Assembly (NCBI GenBank): GCA_963804995.1
Contig: CAWDSK010000003.1
Coordinates: forward strand, 1,216,001 to 1,280,000
DNA length: 64,000 bases
Direction of reading: 5' to 3'
Origin: an uncultured Acidobacteriota bacterium
GTDB lineage: Bacteria > Acidobacteriota > Terriglobia > UBA7540
Shown: positions 50,100 to 60,024 of the stretch, piece by piece
Layout: each line of letters begins with the position of its first letter
Numbering within the stretch: position 1 is the stretch's first letter
The notes under the pieces: generated by a model
Told to the model about the DNA's origin: nothing
Database searches by the model: none
The model's input: the letters and a program-made list of their open reading frames with translations, nothing else
Translations under genes and position numbers: made by a program

Positions 50100-51122
50100 A
50101 TGAAGCGAAATTTGGGAATAGCGGCAAGCACTATCATGGCCGTGGCTTTTGCAGCAGGGACACTCCCCGCCGCCCACGTGTTGGAGCGCATCATCGCGCG
50201 TGTCAACAGTGAAATCATCACCCAGCGCCAGTATGAACAAGAGAAGACCAAGCTGCACGATCAGCTTGCCCAGCAGTATTCCGGCGCAGAGCTCGACGCC
50301 AAATTCAAGGACGAGAGCAAGAACCTTTTGCGCGACCTGATTGACCAATCGCTGATGGTCCAGAAAGCCAAAGACCTGGACTTGAACGTCGATACGGATG
50401 TAATCAAGCGGCTGGACGAAATGCGCAAGCAGTACAACCTGGCCACCATCGAAGACTTGCAGAAGGACGTCGAACAACAGGGCATCATCTGGGAGGACTT
50501 CAAGGAACAGATCAAGCGGCAGCTCCTGATGCGCGAAGTGATCGGGCGCCAGGTGGGCTCCCGTATCATGGTCTCGCGGGAAGATTCCCGGAAGTATTAC
50601 GAAACCCACAAGAACGAATTCCAGTCGGAGGGCATGATTCACCTGTCGGAAATCCTGATTTCCACGGAAAAGTACAAGCCCGACGAGGCAAAAAAGCGCG
50701 CGGACGCGGCGTTGGCGGAGCTCAAGGGGGGCGCCCGCTATGCAGATGTGGTGAAGAAATATTCCGACGGTCCCAACCTCGACCAGGCCGGGGACATCGG
50801 CCTTATGAAAAGCGGATCCGTGGCCCCTTCCATTGCTGCGGCCATCAACAAGCTCGAAATCAACGACACCACCGACTTGATTCAGACCAAGAACGGTTAC
50901 CTGATTCTGAAGCTGCTGGAGCGCTTCAGCCCCGGCATCCCCAAGTTCGAGGAAGTTGAGTCACGGGTGAATGAGACCCTGTACAACCAGCAAATGCAGC
51001 CCAAGCTGCGCGAATTCCTGACCCAGCTCCGTGCCGACAGTTACCGGTGGGAGGCGCCGGGATACATCGATACTGGCGAGGTAACCCCGGGCTCAGCCTT
51101 GCTCACCGAAAAGGCGCAATGA
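50100..51122 (+). CDS. SurA/PpiC-type peptidyl-prolyl isomerase
   Basis: Signal peptide, IIARVNSEIIT, HLSEILI, KYSD, GDIG. Confidence 0.88.
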   Translation: MKRNLGIAASTIMAVAFAAGTLPAAHVLERIIARVNSEIITQRQYEQEKTKLHDQLAQQYSGAELDAKFKDESKNLLRDLIDQSLMVQKAKDLDLNVDTDVIKRLDEMRKQYNLATIEDLQKDVEQQGIIWEDFKEQIKRQLLMREVIGRQVGSRIMVSREDSRKYYETHKNEFQSEGMIHLSEILISTEKYKPDEAKKRADAALAELKGGARYADVVKKYSDGPNLDQAGDIGLMKSGSVAPSIAAAINKLEINDTTDLIQTKNGYLILKLLERFSPGIPKFEEVESRVNETLYNQQMQPKLREFLTQLRADSYRWEAPGYIDTGEVTPGSALLTEKAQ

Positions 51123-52090
51123 AGCAAACCTACGTCCGAGACCTGGTGCCGGACTCTGTGGTGCGCAGCACTTTCCTGGTGCAATCCAAGGAGCGCAAGG
51201 TCGCCAGCAACGGCGCGGCGTATCTCGATCTCACCCTGCAAGACACGACCGGCGCCATTCCCTCCAAACTCTGGGATTACTCTGAGCGAACCACCCCCGC
51301 TTTCGAGGTTGATGACATCGTCCAGGTCGAGGGCCACGTGGAAAGTTACCGTGGCGCAGCCCAGCTCAAAGTACGCAAAATCGCGCCCTGCCCTCCGGAC
51401 GTAGTCGACCTGTTGGATTATCTGCCCCGTACCCAACGTGACCCGGACGCGATGTACGCCGCGCTACTGGAAAGGGTGCAGGCTATGGGCGAGGGCCCCC
51501 TCCGCGCGCTCCTCTTGTTAGTGCTCGAGGATGCTGCGATTGCGGAGCGCTACAAGCTTGCTCCCGCCGCGATGAGTTACCACCATGCCTTTCTCGGAGG
51601 GTTACTGGAACACGTTTCGTCGCTCATCGCGCTCGCCGACCAAGTGGCGGATCATTACCCCTGGCTGCGGCGGGACTTGATCCTGGCCGGCTTGGTGCTC
51701 CACGACATCGGGAAAATCGAAGAGCTGAATTTCCGGAGAGGCTTTCGCTACTCAACGCGCGGGCAACTGGTCGGCCATATTTCGATTGCCCTGGAGATGG
51801 TGCAGGAAAAGATTCGCCAGATTCCCGACTTCCCCGCCGAGTTGAAGGACCAGATCGAACACATCATCCTCTCCCACCATGGCAAGCTTGAGTTCGGCTC
51901 GCCCAAGGAGCCGATGTTTGCTGAGGCCCTGGTGGTCCATTACCTGGACGACCTGGACTCCAAGCTCGAAGCCGTGCGCCAGCAATATGCGATCGATAAG
52001 GACCGCACCGGCGATTGGACAAGCCGCAGCCCGGCACTGAAGCGGGAGCTTTACAAGATCGGGAGATCAGGCGATCCCGTGAGCGAGTGA
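51119..52090 (+). CDS. OB-fold/HD-domain 3'-5' exoribonuclease (YhaM-like)
   Basis: YLDLTLQDTTG, PAAMSYHHAFLGGLLEH, LHDIGK, ILSHHGKLEFGSP, DDLDSK. Confidence 0.9.
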   Translation: MKQTYVRDLVPDSVVRSTFLVQSKERKVASNGAAYLDLTLQDTTGAIPSKLWDYSERTTPAFEVDDIVQVEGHVESYRGAAQLKVRKIAPCPPDVVDLLDYLPRTQRDPDAMYAALLERVQAMGEGPLRALLLLVLEDAAIAERYKLAPAAMSYHHAFLGGLLEHVSSLIALADQVADHYPWLRRDLILAGLVLHDIGKIEELNFRRGFRYSTRGQLVGHISIALEMVQEKIRQIPDFPAELKDQIEHIILSHHGKLEFGSPKEPMFAEALVVHYLDDLDSKLEAVRQQYAIDKDRTGDWTSRSPALKRELYKIGRSGDPVSE

Positions 52091-52186
52091 GCAGAACCGA
52101 AACTCGAAAATCGAAATCCGAAGCTCGCTGAACTCAGGCGGCGATTTTCGAATTTCGAGTTTCGATTTTCGTGTTTTAGTAACCCC

Positions 52187-52678
52187 ATGACTCCATATTC
52201 CGTCGAAGCCATTGCGCGCCTCCTCCCCCATCGATTCCCGTTCCTGTTTGTGGACCAGGTCACCGAATTCATTCCCGGCCAGCGCATCGTGGCTGTCAAG
52301 CATTTTTCTGTCAACGATGAGGCGGCGCAGGGGAATTTCCCCGGCCTGGCCATCATTCCCATGGGCGTGATCCTGGAACTGGTCACGCAGGTGGGTGCGG
52401 TGCTGGTGATGGCGCGGCCGGAAATGGAGGGCAAGATTGCGATGATCCTCCAAATCCCTTCCGCACAGATGATAAAGCCCGTAGAGGCTGGCGCCACGCT
52501 ACGAGTGGAGGCGGAAGTTGTGAAGATGAAACCGCTCTTTGGCGAACTGCGTGGTTCGGTTTACTGCGATGGCGAGCTGGTGGCAGCAGGGGACGTGCGC
52601 TTTGCCATCGCCAACGCCGCCGATGTGCTGCCGGCCCCCCAGGCAGTTGACAACCCTCCGCAAACAGCCCAGAATTAA
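52187..52678 (+). CDS. FabZ-like hotdog-fold protein (catalytic His replaced)
   Basis: LLPHRFPFLFVD, GNFPG (canonical GHFP), ILELVTQ. Confidence 0.8.
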   Translation: MTPYSVEAIARLLPHRFPFLFVDQVTEFIPGQRIVAVKHFSVNDEAAQGNFPGLAIIPMGVILELVTQVGAVLVMARPEMEGKIAMILQIPSAQMIKPVEAGATLRVEAEVVKMKPLFGELRGSVYCDGELVAAGDVRFAIANAADVLPAPQAVDNPPQTAQN

Positions 52679-52727
52679 AGGAATAGCTGAGGATTTGTTA
52701 CCAGTTTAAAGAAAGTCATTAGTCACC

Positions 52728-53738
52728 ATGGTATTTGAAGAACTTCGCATCCGCAACGTAGCCCTCCGGCCCGCACACATCCTGGCGCCCATGGCGGGAA
52801 TCACCGACACAGTTTTCCGCCGCTTCATCAAGCGTCTGGGCGGCTGCGGCCTGATCATGACTGAGTTTGTTTCGAGTGAAGGCATGCTGCGCAGGAATTT
52901 CCGCTCCCAGCGCTACCTCTACTACACCGAGGAAGAGCGGCCCATCAGCGCGCAGATCTTCGGCGCCGATCCCGGTCATATGGCGGACGCGGCCCGCCAA
53001 ATCGAAGATCTGGGATTCGACCTCGTGGACCTGAACCTGGGTTGCCCGGCCAAAAAAGTGGTGAAGTGTGGCGGCTCCGGACTGTTGCGCGACCTGCCGC
53101 TTTTAGAGAAGATCCTGTGCGCGATCCGCTCCGCCGTAACGATTCCTTTCACCATCAAATTCCGCTCTGGTTGGAGCGACGAGGAGATCGTTGCCGTGGC
53201 CCTGGCGCGTCTGGCCGAGGACTGCGGTGTGGAAGCCCTGGCGGTACATCCGCGCACGCGCCTGCAAGGGTACAGCGGGCGGGCGCGATGGGAAATCATC
53301 CAGCAGGTCAAGCAAGCCGTGCGTATTCCGGTAATCGGGAACGGCAACGTCGTTAAACCCCAGGACGCGCTGGCGCTGCGTGAGCAGACCGGATGCGACG
53401 CGGTGATGATCGGGCGCGCCGCGGCCTCGAACCCCTGGATATTTCGACAGCTCTCTGAGTTCTTCAAAACTGGCGCCTGCCGTGAACCGGCTGACGCAGA
53501 CCGCTACGAGCTGATACGCACCTACTATGCGATGCTCGTGACGGAAGAAATCCCCGGGGCGCTCGGCAAGATGAAGCAGTTCGCGAGCTGGTTCACGCAC
53601 GGGGTACGTAACGGAACGGAGTTGCGGCGGCAGGTGCAAAGCGCGCGCGAAACCCACGAGGTCCTGGATCGCGTCAACGTCTTCTTCGCCGCGCTTGGCG
53701 CGAACCCCGGCAGAACGGAAGCTCCGGTCGCCGTCTGA
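52728..53738 (+). CDS. dusB: tRNA dihydrouridine synthase
   Basis: LAPMAGITD, DLNLGCP, VHPRT, IGNG, VMIGRAA.NPWIF. Confidence 0.93.
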   Translation: MVFEELRIRNVALRPAHILAPMAGITDTVFRRFIKRLGGCGLIMTEFVSSEGMLRRNFRSQRYLYYTEEERPISAQIFGADPGHMADAARQIEDLGFDLVDLNLGCPAKKVVKCGGSGLLRDLPLLEKILCAIRSAVTIPFTIKFRSGWSDEEIVAVALARLAEDCGVEALAVHPRTRLQGYSGRARWEIIQQVKQAVRIPVIGNGNVVKPQDALALREQTGCDAVMIGRAAASNPWIFRQLSEFFKTGACREPADADRYELIRTYYAMLVTEEIPGALGKMKQFASWFTHGVRNGTELRRQVQSARETHEVLDRVNVFFAALGANPGRTEAPVAV

Positions 53739-53854
53739 AACAACGACCGAAACTCGAAAATCGATCTTCGAACCTCGTCTTTCATACACCTTGAGCCACT
53801 GTCGATTCTCAAGGTTCGAATTTCGAATTTCGCTCCGGGAGGAAGGTGGTGGTG

Positions 53855-54202
53855 ATGGAACCCTCCGAAACAAATAAGCGGAGTCAACACAGGGTGGAAA
53901 CGACCATCCCCATCCAGGTACGGGGTGTAGACACGGCTGGACTGGAATTTGATGACTCCACCAATGCGGTGGAAGTGAGCCGGCGAGGCCTTTCCTTCCT
54001 GACCAAGCGTGAGCTGGCGATTTTCGCCGTCCTTACCGTAACCATACCTGGCCGCGGCCCCATGCGGCCGGGAGAAGGCGCCAGCGATTTCTTTACGGAG
54101 GCCACCGTGGTCCGTTCCGTAAAGGAAAACGAAGAACACTTCCGCGTAGGAGTCCGCTTCATGGGAGCGACCCTCCCCATGTATAGCGCCGAGACGATCT
54201 GA
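53855..54202 (+). CDS. PilZ-domain protein
   Basis: KRSQHRV (RxxxR), EVSRRGL, VGVRF. Confidence 0.75.
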   Translation: MEPSETNKRSQHRVETTIPIQVRGVDTAGLEFDDSTNAVEVSRRGLSFLTKRELAIFAVLTVTIPGRGPMRPGEGASDFFTEATVVRSVKENEEHFRVGVRFMGATLPMYSAETI

Positions 54203-54289
54203 CGTGGGTGCAAGGCCCTCCGTGCGCGCCTGCCAGCGCAAAGTCCTCGCCCCAAGCGTTATCTACCTGTTTGATTGGCAATCCCGGGG

Positions 54290-55189
54290 CTAGGGCTTGC
54301 GGGGTTTATCCATTTGCAACTGGCGGTAGGCTTCGCTTCGAGGGATTCCCCGGGCTCGGGCTACGGCTTTCAAGGCGGCTCGCTCATCGAGCTTGCGCTC
54401 CGCCATCGCCTTTTCGATTTCAGCGCGGATGGAAGCCACGGGTGCAGGATTTTCTGAGTCGGCGGGTGAAGCCGGCGCGCCAATCAAGACGGTAATCTCG
54501 CCTTTTGCCGGCCGGCGCTTGAGGTACTCCAGGGTGCTGGAGATGGTCCCGCGCATAAACTCTTCGTGGACCTTCGTCACTTCCCGGGCAACCACCAATT
54601 CCCGGTCGCCGAGGATTTCCCGGACATCTTTCAACATCTCGGCCAGCCGGTGCGGCGCTTCGTAGAAGATCAGGGTTCTGCTGGCCGGTATCAAATCTTC
54701 CAGGGCTTTCCTCCGTTCGCCCTTCTTACTGGGCAAGAAGCCCAGGAAGCGGAATTTATCCACCGGCATCCCAGAAGCTGCCAGCGCGGCCACGAAAGCC
54801 GAGGCCCCGGGGACAGGAATCACCGGAATGCTGTGGCGGACCGCCAAGTGCACCAGCCGAAAGCCGGGGTCAGACACGACGGGCATGCCGGCGTCGGTAA
54901 CCAGGGCGATGCTGCTGCCCTCCTCCATCTCAATGACCAGTTCCGGGGCGCGGGTCATTTCATTGTGTTCGTGGTAACTGATAGTGCGCGTCTGAATCTT
55001 GTAGGCGTTCAGGAGCTTCTGCGTGCGGCGCGTGTCTTCGCAGGCAATAAGGTTAACTTCCTTGAGAATACGAATCGCACGCAATGTAATATCTTCCAGG
55101 TTTCCAATCGGCGTGCCCACGACGTAGAGCCTGCCGTGGTTGCCGTTGGAGGGCTCCAGCGGATCGAGAAAACTAGCTTTTCCTGCCAT
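54290..55189 (-). CDS. rsmI: 16S rRNA C1402 2'-O-methyltransferase
   Basis: LYVVGTPIGNLEDIT, ACEDTR, DAGMPVVSDPG, FYEAPHR, REVTKVHEE. Confidence 0.96.
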   Translation of the reverse strand: MAGKASFLDPLEPSNGNHGRLYVVGTPIGNLEDITLRAIRILKEVNLIACEDTRRTQKLLNAYKIQTRTISYHEHNEMTRAPELVIEMEEGSSIALVTDAGMPVVSDPGFRLVHLAVRHSIPVIPVPGASAFVAALAASGMPVDKFRFLGFLPSKKGERRKALEDLIPASRTLIFYEAPHRLAEMLKDVREILGDRELVVAREVTKVHEEFMRGTISSTLEYLKRRPAKGEITVLIGAPASPADSENPAPVASIRAEIEKAMAERKLDERAALKAVARARGIPRSEAYRQLQMDKPRKP

Positions 55190-55290
55190 AGAGGACACAA
55201 CCATCCGTGAATCGAATTTACAGCGAAGCAACAGTTTACCAAGTCGGCGCTTGCTTCTCAACAAAGTAAAGTCAGGGGTGGGATTAAAGA

Positions 55291-55448
55291 ACCGGAGCTT
55301 GATCCCTCTCTTAAGACCCTGCAGCACCTCTCTGGGTTCAGCCTGTCGGAGAATCAGTGGGCGCCGCGGCGACAAGTATGCCCGGCGTCAATCGGCGTGC
55401 CGCGTCCATTAGAAAGGGCCACTTTGGATATTACCTGCAACCTCCGGC
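55291..55448 (-). ncRNA. Candidate 6S RNA
   Basis: Minus strand folds as a rod: GCCGGAG/CTCCGGT closing stem, TTGCAG/CTGCAG, TGGCC/GGCTG, central bubble, TGGACGCGGC/GCCGCGGCGCCCA; TATTCT lies 6 nt upstream. Confidence 0.5.
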
Positions 55449-55596
55449 TGTGGTAGAATAAAAGAATCGGCAGCGGGCGCGCATTTGAGTCCAGGCCGGA
55501 TGCAACCCTGTTGCAACGTCCGCCATCAGTCTAGAGGGTACAGCGAAAACACAGGCTGGGGCCGCACGCAGGCCCGAGGAATGGGAAAAAATCCTA

Positions 55597-56883
55597 ATGT
55601 CGACCAGCGATCTCCAGGTTGAAGTTGGCCCGGCCAAGATTCCTGCCAAGCACGCGCCCGCTTCTACAGACACCTTCAAGGTTACTTTGGTTGAGACGCC
55701 GACGGTTTTTGTTTCGGCGTTCCGGCAAATTCGTGACTGGATGCGCGAACCCAAGGTGACGGTGCCGGCGCAATACTACCGCGGCAAGGCGACCCTGCCT
55801 GCCACCGACTTGCGCCCCTGGTTCATGGATATTTCCAGCCAGCTCAAGGTCGCTTTCGAAAAGCCTGGCGACCCGATTGGCCTCTACAATTACGCGCAGG
55901 ATAGGAAGCGCGCGCTTTGTGCCGTCTTCTCCGCCGTTGCCCTGGCGGCAGGTGGCTGGTTCTGGGGAGGCAACGTCGGATTGCTGCTCGGTGCGCTGGC
56001 GGGATTCGCGATAGGGGAACTGGTAGGCGGGCTGTCTTTTAAGAAGCGTGATTACCCGCCCGACATCTGGCGCGATTATCGCATGCAGGCAGCCTCCTGG
56101 GTCAATTCCGCCCTGGTCCACACCGTGGCTTTGACCTTGCTCGTGTTGCCTTACATCGCCAGCCGCATGTTGCAGCCCCCCAAGGCTTCCGCGAAATACG
56201 GGGTCGTGGATATTTCCCCCTACCTCGCGCAGTTGCCTCCTGACGTGGCAGGCAAGAAAGCCGGGGGCGGAGGCGGAGGCGGCGATCGCTCTCCCACGCC
56301 CGCTTCCAAAGGCGCGATCCCCAAGTTCGCCAGGCAACAATTGGCGCCGCCTATGGCGGTCATTCCCAACCTCAATCCGCAATTGCAGGTTAACCCCACG
56401 CTGCTCGGCCCCCCCGAGCTGAAGCTCCCCGCCATGGCGGCGAATATGCCCTGGGGTGACCCGCAAGGCGTAGTGGGCCCGCCCTCGAATGGGCCGGGCT
56501 TCGGTGGCGGCATTGGAAGCGGTGAGGGCACCGGCATCGGCTCCGGCAAAGGCCCTGGCCTCGGGCCCGGCGAAGGTGGTGGCGTGGGTGGCGGAGTCTA
56601 CAGCGTGGGCGGCAACGTCAGCGCACCCGTCGCTATCTACAAACCCGAACCGGCTTACTCGGAGGAAGCCCGTAAGGCCAAGTACCAGGGCACGGTGGTC
56701 CTCTGGATCATTGTCGATGCGGTCGGGAACGTAACGGATTGTCGCGTGGTAAAGCCGTTGGGTATGGGCCTGGATGAAAAGGCCGTGGAAACTGTCAAGA
56801 CCTGGAAGTTCAAACCTGCCACACGCAACGGCACGCCGGTGCCGGTGCATGTCAGCGTGGAAGTAAGCTTCCGATTGTTCTAA
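55597..56883 (+). CDS. tonB: Energy transducer TonB family protein
   Basis: TM segments, Gly/Pro-rich linker, C-terminal YSEEARKAKYQGTV...GLDEKAVE...WKFKPA...V.VEVSF. Confidence 0.9.
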   Translation: MSTSDLQVEVGPAKIPAKHAPASTDTFKVTLVETPTVFVSAFRQIRDWMREPKVTVPAQYYRGKATLPATDLRPWFMDISSQLKVAFEKPGDPIGLYNYAQDRKRALCAVFSAVALAAGGWFWGGNVGLLLGALAGFAIGELVGGLSFKKRDYPPDIWRDYRMQAASWVNSALVHTVALTLLVLPYIASRMLQPPKASAKYGVVDISPYLAQLPPDVAGKKAGGGGGGGDRSPTPASKGAIPKFARQQLAPPMAVIPNLNPQLQVNPTLLGPPELKLPAMAANMPWGDPQGVVGPPSNGPGFGGGIGSGEGTGIGSGKGPGLGPGEGGGVGGGVYSVGGNVSAPVAIYKPEPAYSEEARKAKYQGTVVLWIIVDAVGNVTDCRVVKPLGMGLDEKAVETVKTWKFKPATRNGTPVPVHVSVEVSFRLF

Positions 56884-56982
56884 GCACCCCACCTCTCGCC
56901 CGGGCAAGGAGCGTCACGGCGCTTCGAAAAGAAGCCTTGACAAGCGAGTGCCCGGCCAATTAATTCTATCAGTGCGCCCCAC

Positions 56983-57056
56983 TGGGAGGTCGTCTAACGG
57001 TAGGACTGCAGACTCTGGATCTGCGTATCGGGGTTCGAATCCCTGCCTCCCAGCCA
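56983..57056 (+). tRNA. tRNA-Gln (anticodon CTG)
   Basis: TGGGAGG/CCTCCCA acceptor stem, GCAGA-CTCTGGA-TCTGC anticodon arm, GGTTCGAATCC T-arm, encoded CCA; TTGACA at 56937. Confidence 0.97.
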
Positions 57057-57105
57057 ACCTTTTCAATAAGTTAGCCCTTGTTTCGTACAACTGCTTTTGA
57101 GTCTC

Positions 57106-57157
57106 CGTATGGGGATTCGGATCCACCACCTCCCAACTCGCGTTTTCAATCAGTTAG
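57106..57157 (+). repeat. Degenerate copy of the tRNA 3' half plus trailer (att-like scar)
   Basis: cgtatggggattcggatccaccacctcccaac...ttttcaatcagttag versus cgtatcggggttcgaatccctgcctcccagcc...ttttcaataagttag (57024-57074). Confidence 0.6.
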
Positions 57158-57307
57158 GACTTGCCTTCCGCAACTGCTTCTGAAACGCAGCACATTTGGC
57201 AACAATAAGCCGTCAACCTGCGCCATGGCTATGATGTTGGCCGAGTTGGGACACCTGAGTTGTCACTGACTTCCCCCTCAGTACTATCCCCTCAAATCCC
57301 CATTAGA

Positions 57308-58395
57308 CCTGAATTCCGAAGTTGGACTTCGATTCTACCCTCCTAAGTGAAGCCGGAAGACAGCGGTTTAGGTGCTGGCGAGCGGTTGAAATTCTAACTT
57401 CGGCGAAGTTGGAATTTCATAGTGCAAGAGTTTATCGAACAGCGCGTTACGCTCATCGAGTCCTCCCCACGCCGCCGACAGGTGGAGGACGGTTCGGCGG
57501 CCGGCACGCCCCAGAATGGCCCCGCACAGAAACACTTGCATGCGCAGGGTGGCAGGCTGTCAATAGCCGCTCATGCCGCTGGCGCGCTGGAATTCTCCGA
57601 GCAGGTTGAACAGCATCAGAATGCCCAGAAAGGCCGCCTCGGTGGCAAAGAACTCGCGCAGGCAAAAATCATCCGCGGCTAAGTCCGACTTCAACTCCTC
57701 AATGCGTTGCTCGATACACGCGCGCTGGTTGTAGTCGCGCCAGATCTCCTCCGGCGCCTCCGCTCGATTGGTCACGAACACCCGAAAGGTGTTACCGGGA
57801 ACTTCCAACAGCTTCCGCCCCAGCCAGCGCTTCGTCTCGCGCAATTGCTCCCGCACCACCACAAAGCGTCGCTCCCGATCCCACCCCAAGAGCTTCAACC
57901 GGAACTCGCCCACCGCGTAGGTCTCGTCCAGGGCCCGCCACATTTGCACCCGCGCCGCCTCCCGCTTCAGCCACTTCGTCAGCCGGGCCACCACGATGTA
58001 GTGCAGCTCCAAACCCTCCAGGTATTGCAACAACTCTTGCGCGAAGAACCCGGAGTCGGCACGGACCACCCGAATCCATTCCCGGCTTTCCAGTTTCGCC
58101 CATGCTTCCTTCAGAGACTTCACCACCCCGCTGTCGGAGCGCGTGTTCCCGCTCCGCAGCCAGCCGTGCAAAATGAAGCCCGCTTCTCCCAACACCGCCA
58201 GCAGCGGATGGTGCGAAGCCCGCCCGTGTTTGTGCGGGTTGTACCCTCGCTTCACTCCCTCCTGTTCCCCGTAGCGCTCGAACACCGTTCGAGTCCAGGT
58301 CCAGACTGTAACCGCCCGTACGTTTCGGCACCCTGGCCAATTGCCACGCCCACAGGGCAGGAGGCGTGCCAACTCCAAAGCATCGGATGATTTGT
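57308..58395 (-). pseudogene. Degraded IS1380-family transposase
   Basis: LDLDS then frameshift to TVFERYGEQEG..GYNP..SHHPL, LRSGN, VRADSGF, YNQRACIEQRIEELK; in-frame TGA at 57560; 5' part missing; CCTGAATT possible end at 57308. Confidence 0.85.
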
Positions 58396-58404
58396 GCCCT
58401 CTCC

Positions 58405-59100
58405 CTATTCCTTGGCTTCCGGACTCACCCCGTCGCATGGTTGGACATGCCAGATCTCGGAGGCGTATTCCTTGATGGTGCGGTCGGCGGAGAACTTTCC
58501 CGCCCGCGCCACATTCAGGATCGCCTTGCGGTCCCAGGCCTCCACATCGCGATAGGCGGCATCGACGCGTTCCTGGGTTTGAATGTAATCCCGCAGGTCG
58601 GCGAGCAGCATGTAATGGTCGCCACCATCCAGAAGGGAGTGCACCAGGGGTCTGAAGATGCCGGGTTCCAACATGCTGAAGAAATCCTGATCGATCAGGC
58701 TAAGCGCTTGCCGAACCTCCGGGTCGCTGTTGTAGATATCCCAGGGATTGTAGGAGGCGCGCCGTGGCTCGACCTCCGCCGCCTTCAAACCGAAGATGAA
58801 GATATTCTCTTCCCCCACCTCTTCCAGGATTTCTACATTCGCCCCATCGAGGGTTCCAATCGTGACCGCCCCATTGAGTTGCATCTTCATGTTGCCGGTC
58901 CCGGAGGCTTCGGTTCCGGCCAAAGAGATTTGTTCGCTCAGATCCGCCGCCGGGATGATCCTCTCCGCCAAGGACACCCGATAATTCGGCAGGAACACGA
59001 CCTTCATTCTTTCGCAAATCTGCGGGTCCCGGTTGATGATCTCCGCAACTTGGTGGATCAGCTTGATAATCAGCTTGGCCATCATGTATCCGGGTGCAGG
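58405..59100 (-). pseudogene. glgP: C-terminal fragment of glycogen/maltodextrin phosphorylase
   Basis: [62 protein letters not shown]; only ~230 aa and no room for the N-terminal part. Confidence 0.9.
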
Positions 59101-59191
59101 GAATACCCTTCGACCCCACCTTTACGGTAGGACAGGCTATTACCATTGCGGCGAGTCCTGACGGGAAGGCCCCTCTTTTCTGGACGGACTC

Positions 59192-60022
59192 TCAGGGTCT
59201 TTCGCCGCGCGCCAGGCGTTCATTGATTTCGGTGATAACGGCGGGCAACTGTCTGACTTCCGGAATGACAAAGTGCGCGCCCGCCTGGAGCAGTCGGTCC
59301 GAAGCGGCGTTAAGCCGGGATGTCAACTCGTGCGCCGGCAGTGCCTCCACCTCGGCCTCGGAGAGTCCGAGTTCGTTGCCGGTTTTAGTGATGCCCACGG
59401 TCCACATGCCGGCGTTCAGTCCCTCGGCAATGTCCACGAGCGTATCTCCCACCTTGACGCACGCCTGCATGGGGTAAACACCAAGCTGCATCGCCGACGT
59501 CATTGCCATCCAGGGCGCGGGGCGGCCGGCGGGGACTTCGTCGGCGCACACGTTGGATTCCGGCGAAAAACCTGCAGCGGCGGCTTGCACCAACAGGGAG
59601 GCCATCATGGCACGGGTATATCCGGTGGTGGCGCCGAAAACGATGCCCTGCTGGCGCAGATACTCGACAGCGTGAGCCACGCCGGGGATGACATCCGCGT
59701 GGTGACCGATGACCTCCGCCTGCAAAGGGATGAATTCGCGAAAGAGCGCCTCGATGTCTTCCGCCGAGGCAACGCGGCCGATTCGTTGCTCCCACTGCTG
59801 GGCCACCGGTTCCATGGCCAGGATCAGGCGGACGTGGTCCTTCTTGTACGAGCCCATAGGTTTCCGCGCCTGTTCCGCGGTAACTGTCACACCATGGCGG
59901 CGGAAGAGCTCAATAAAGGCATCCACCGGAGCCCTGCTGCCATAGTCGACCGTGGTCCCTGCCCAGTCAAAGATAACGGCGCGCACCGGGCCTTGATAAT
60001 GCGAGTGATTCTCAGATGGCAT
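59192..60022 (-). CDS. phnX: Phosphonoacetaldehyde hydrolase
   Basis: IFDWAGTTVDYGS, PMG..KKDH, TTGYT, GRPAPWM, KVGDT..DIAEGLNAGMWTVG. Confidence 0.95.
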   Translation of the reverse strand: MPSENHSHYQGPVRAVIFDWAGTTVDYGSRAPVDAFIELFRRHGVTVTAEQARKPMGSYKKDHVRLILAMEPVAQQWEQRIGRVASAEDIEALFREFIPLQAEVIGHHADVIPGVAHAVEYLRQQGIVFGATTGYTRAMMASLLVQAAAAGFSPESNVCADEVPAGRPAPWMAMTSAMQLGVYPMQACVKVGDTLVDIAEGLNAGMWTVGITKTGNELGLSEAEVEALPAHELTSRLNAASDRLLQAGAHFVIPEVRQLPAVITEINERLARGERP

Positions 60023-60024
60023 TC

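Noticed and set aside
55190..55375. Extended rsmI N-terminus from the ORF track
   Set aside because: Homology starts near 55189 and the extension overlaps the candidate ncRNA
57106..57140. Second tRNA gene
   Set aside because: Only a degenerate 3' half with a broken T-loop and no CCA
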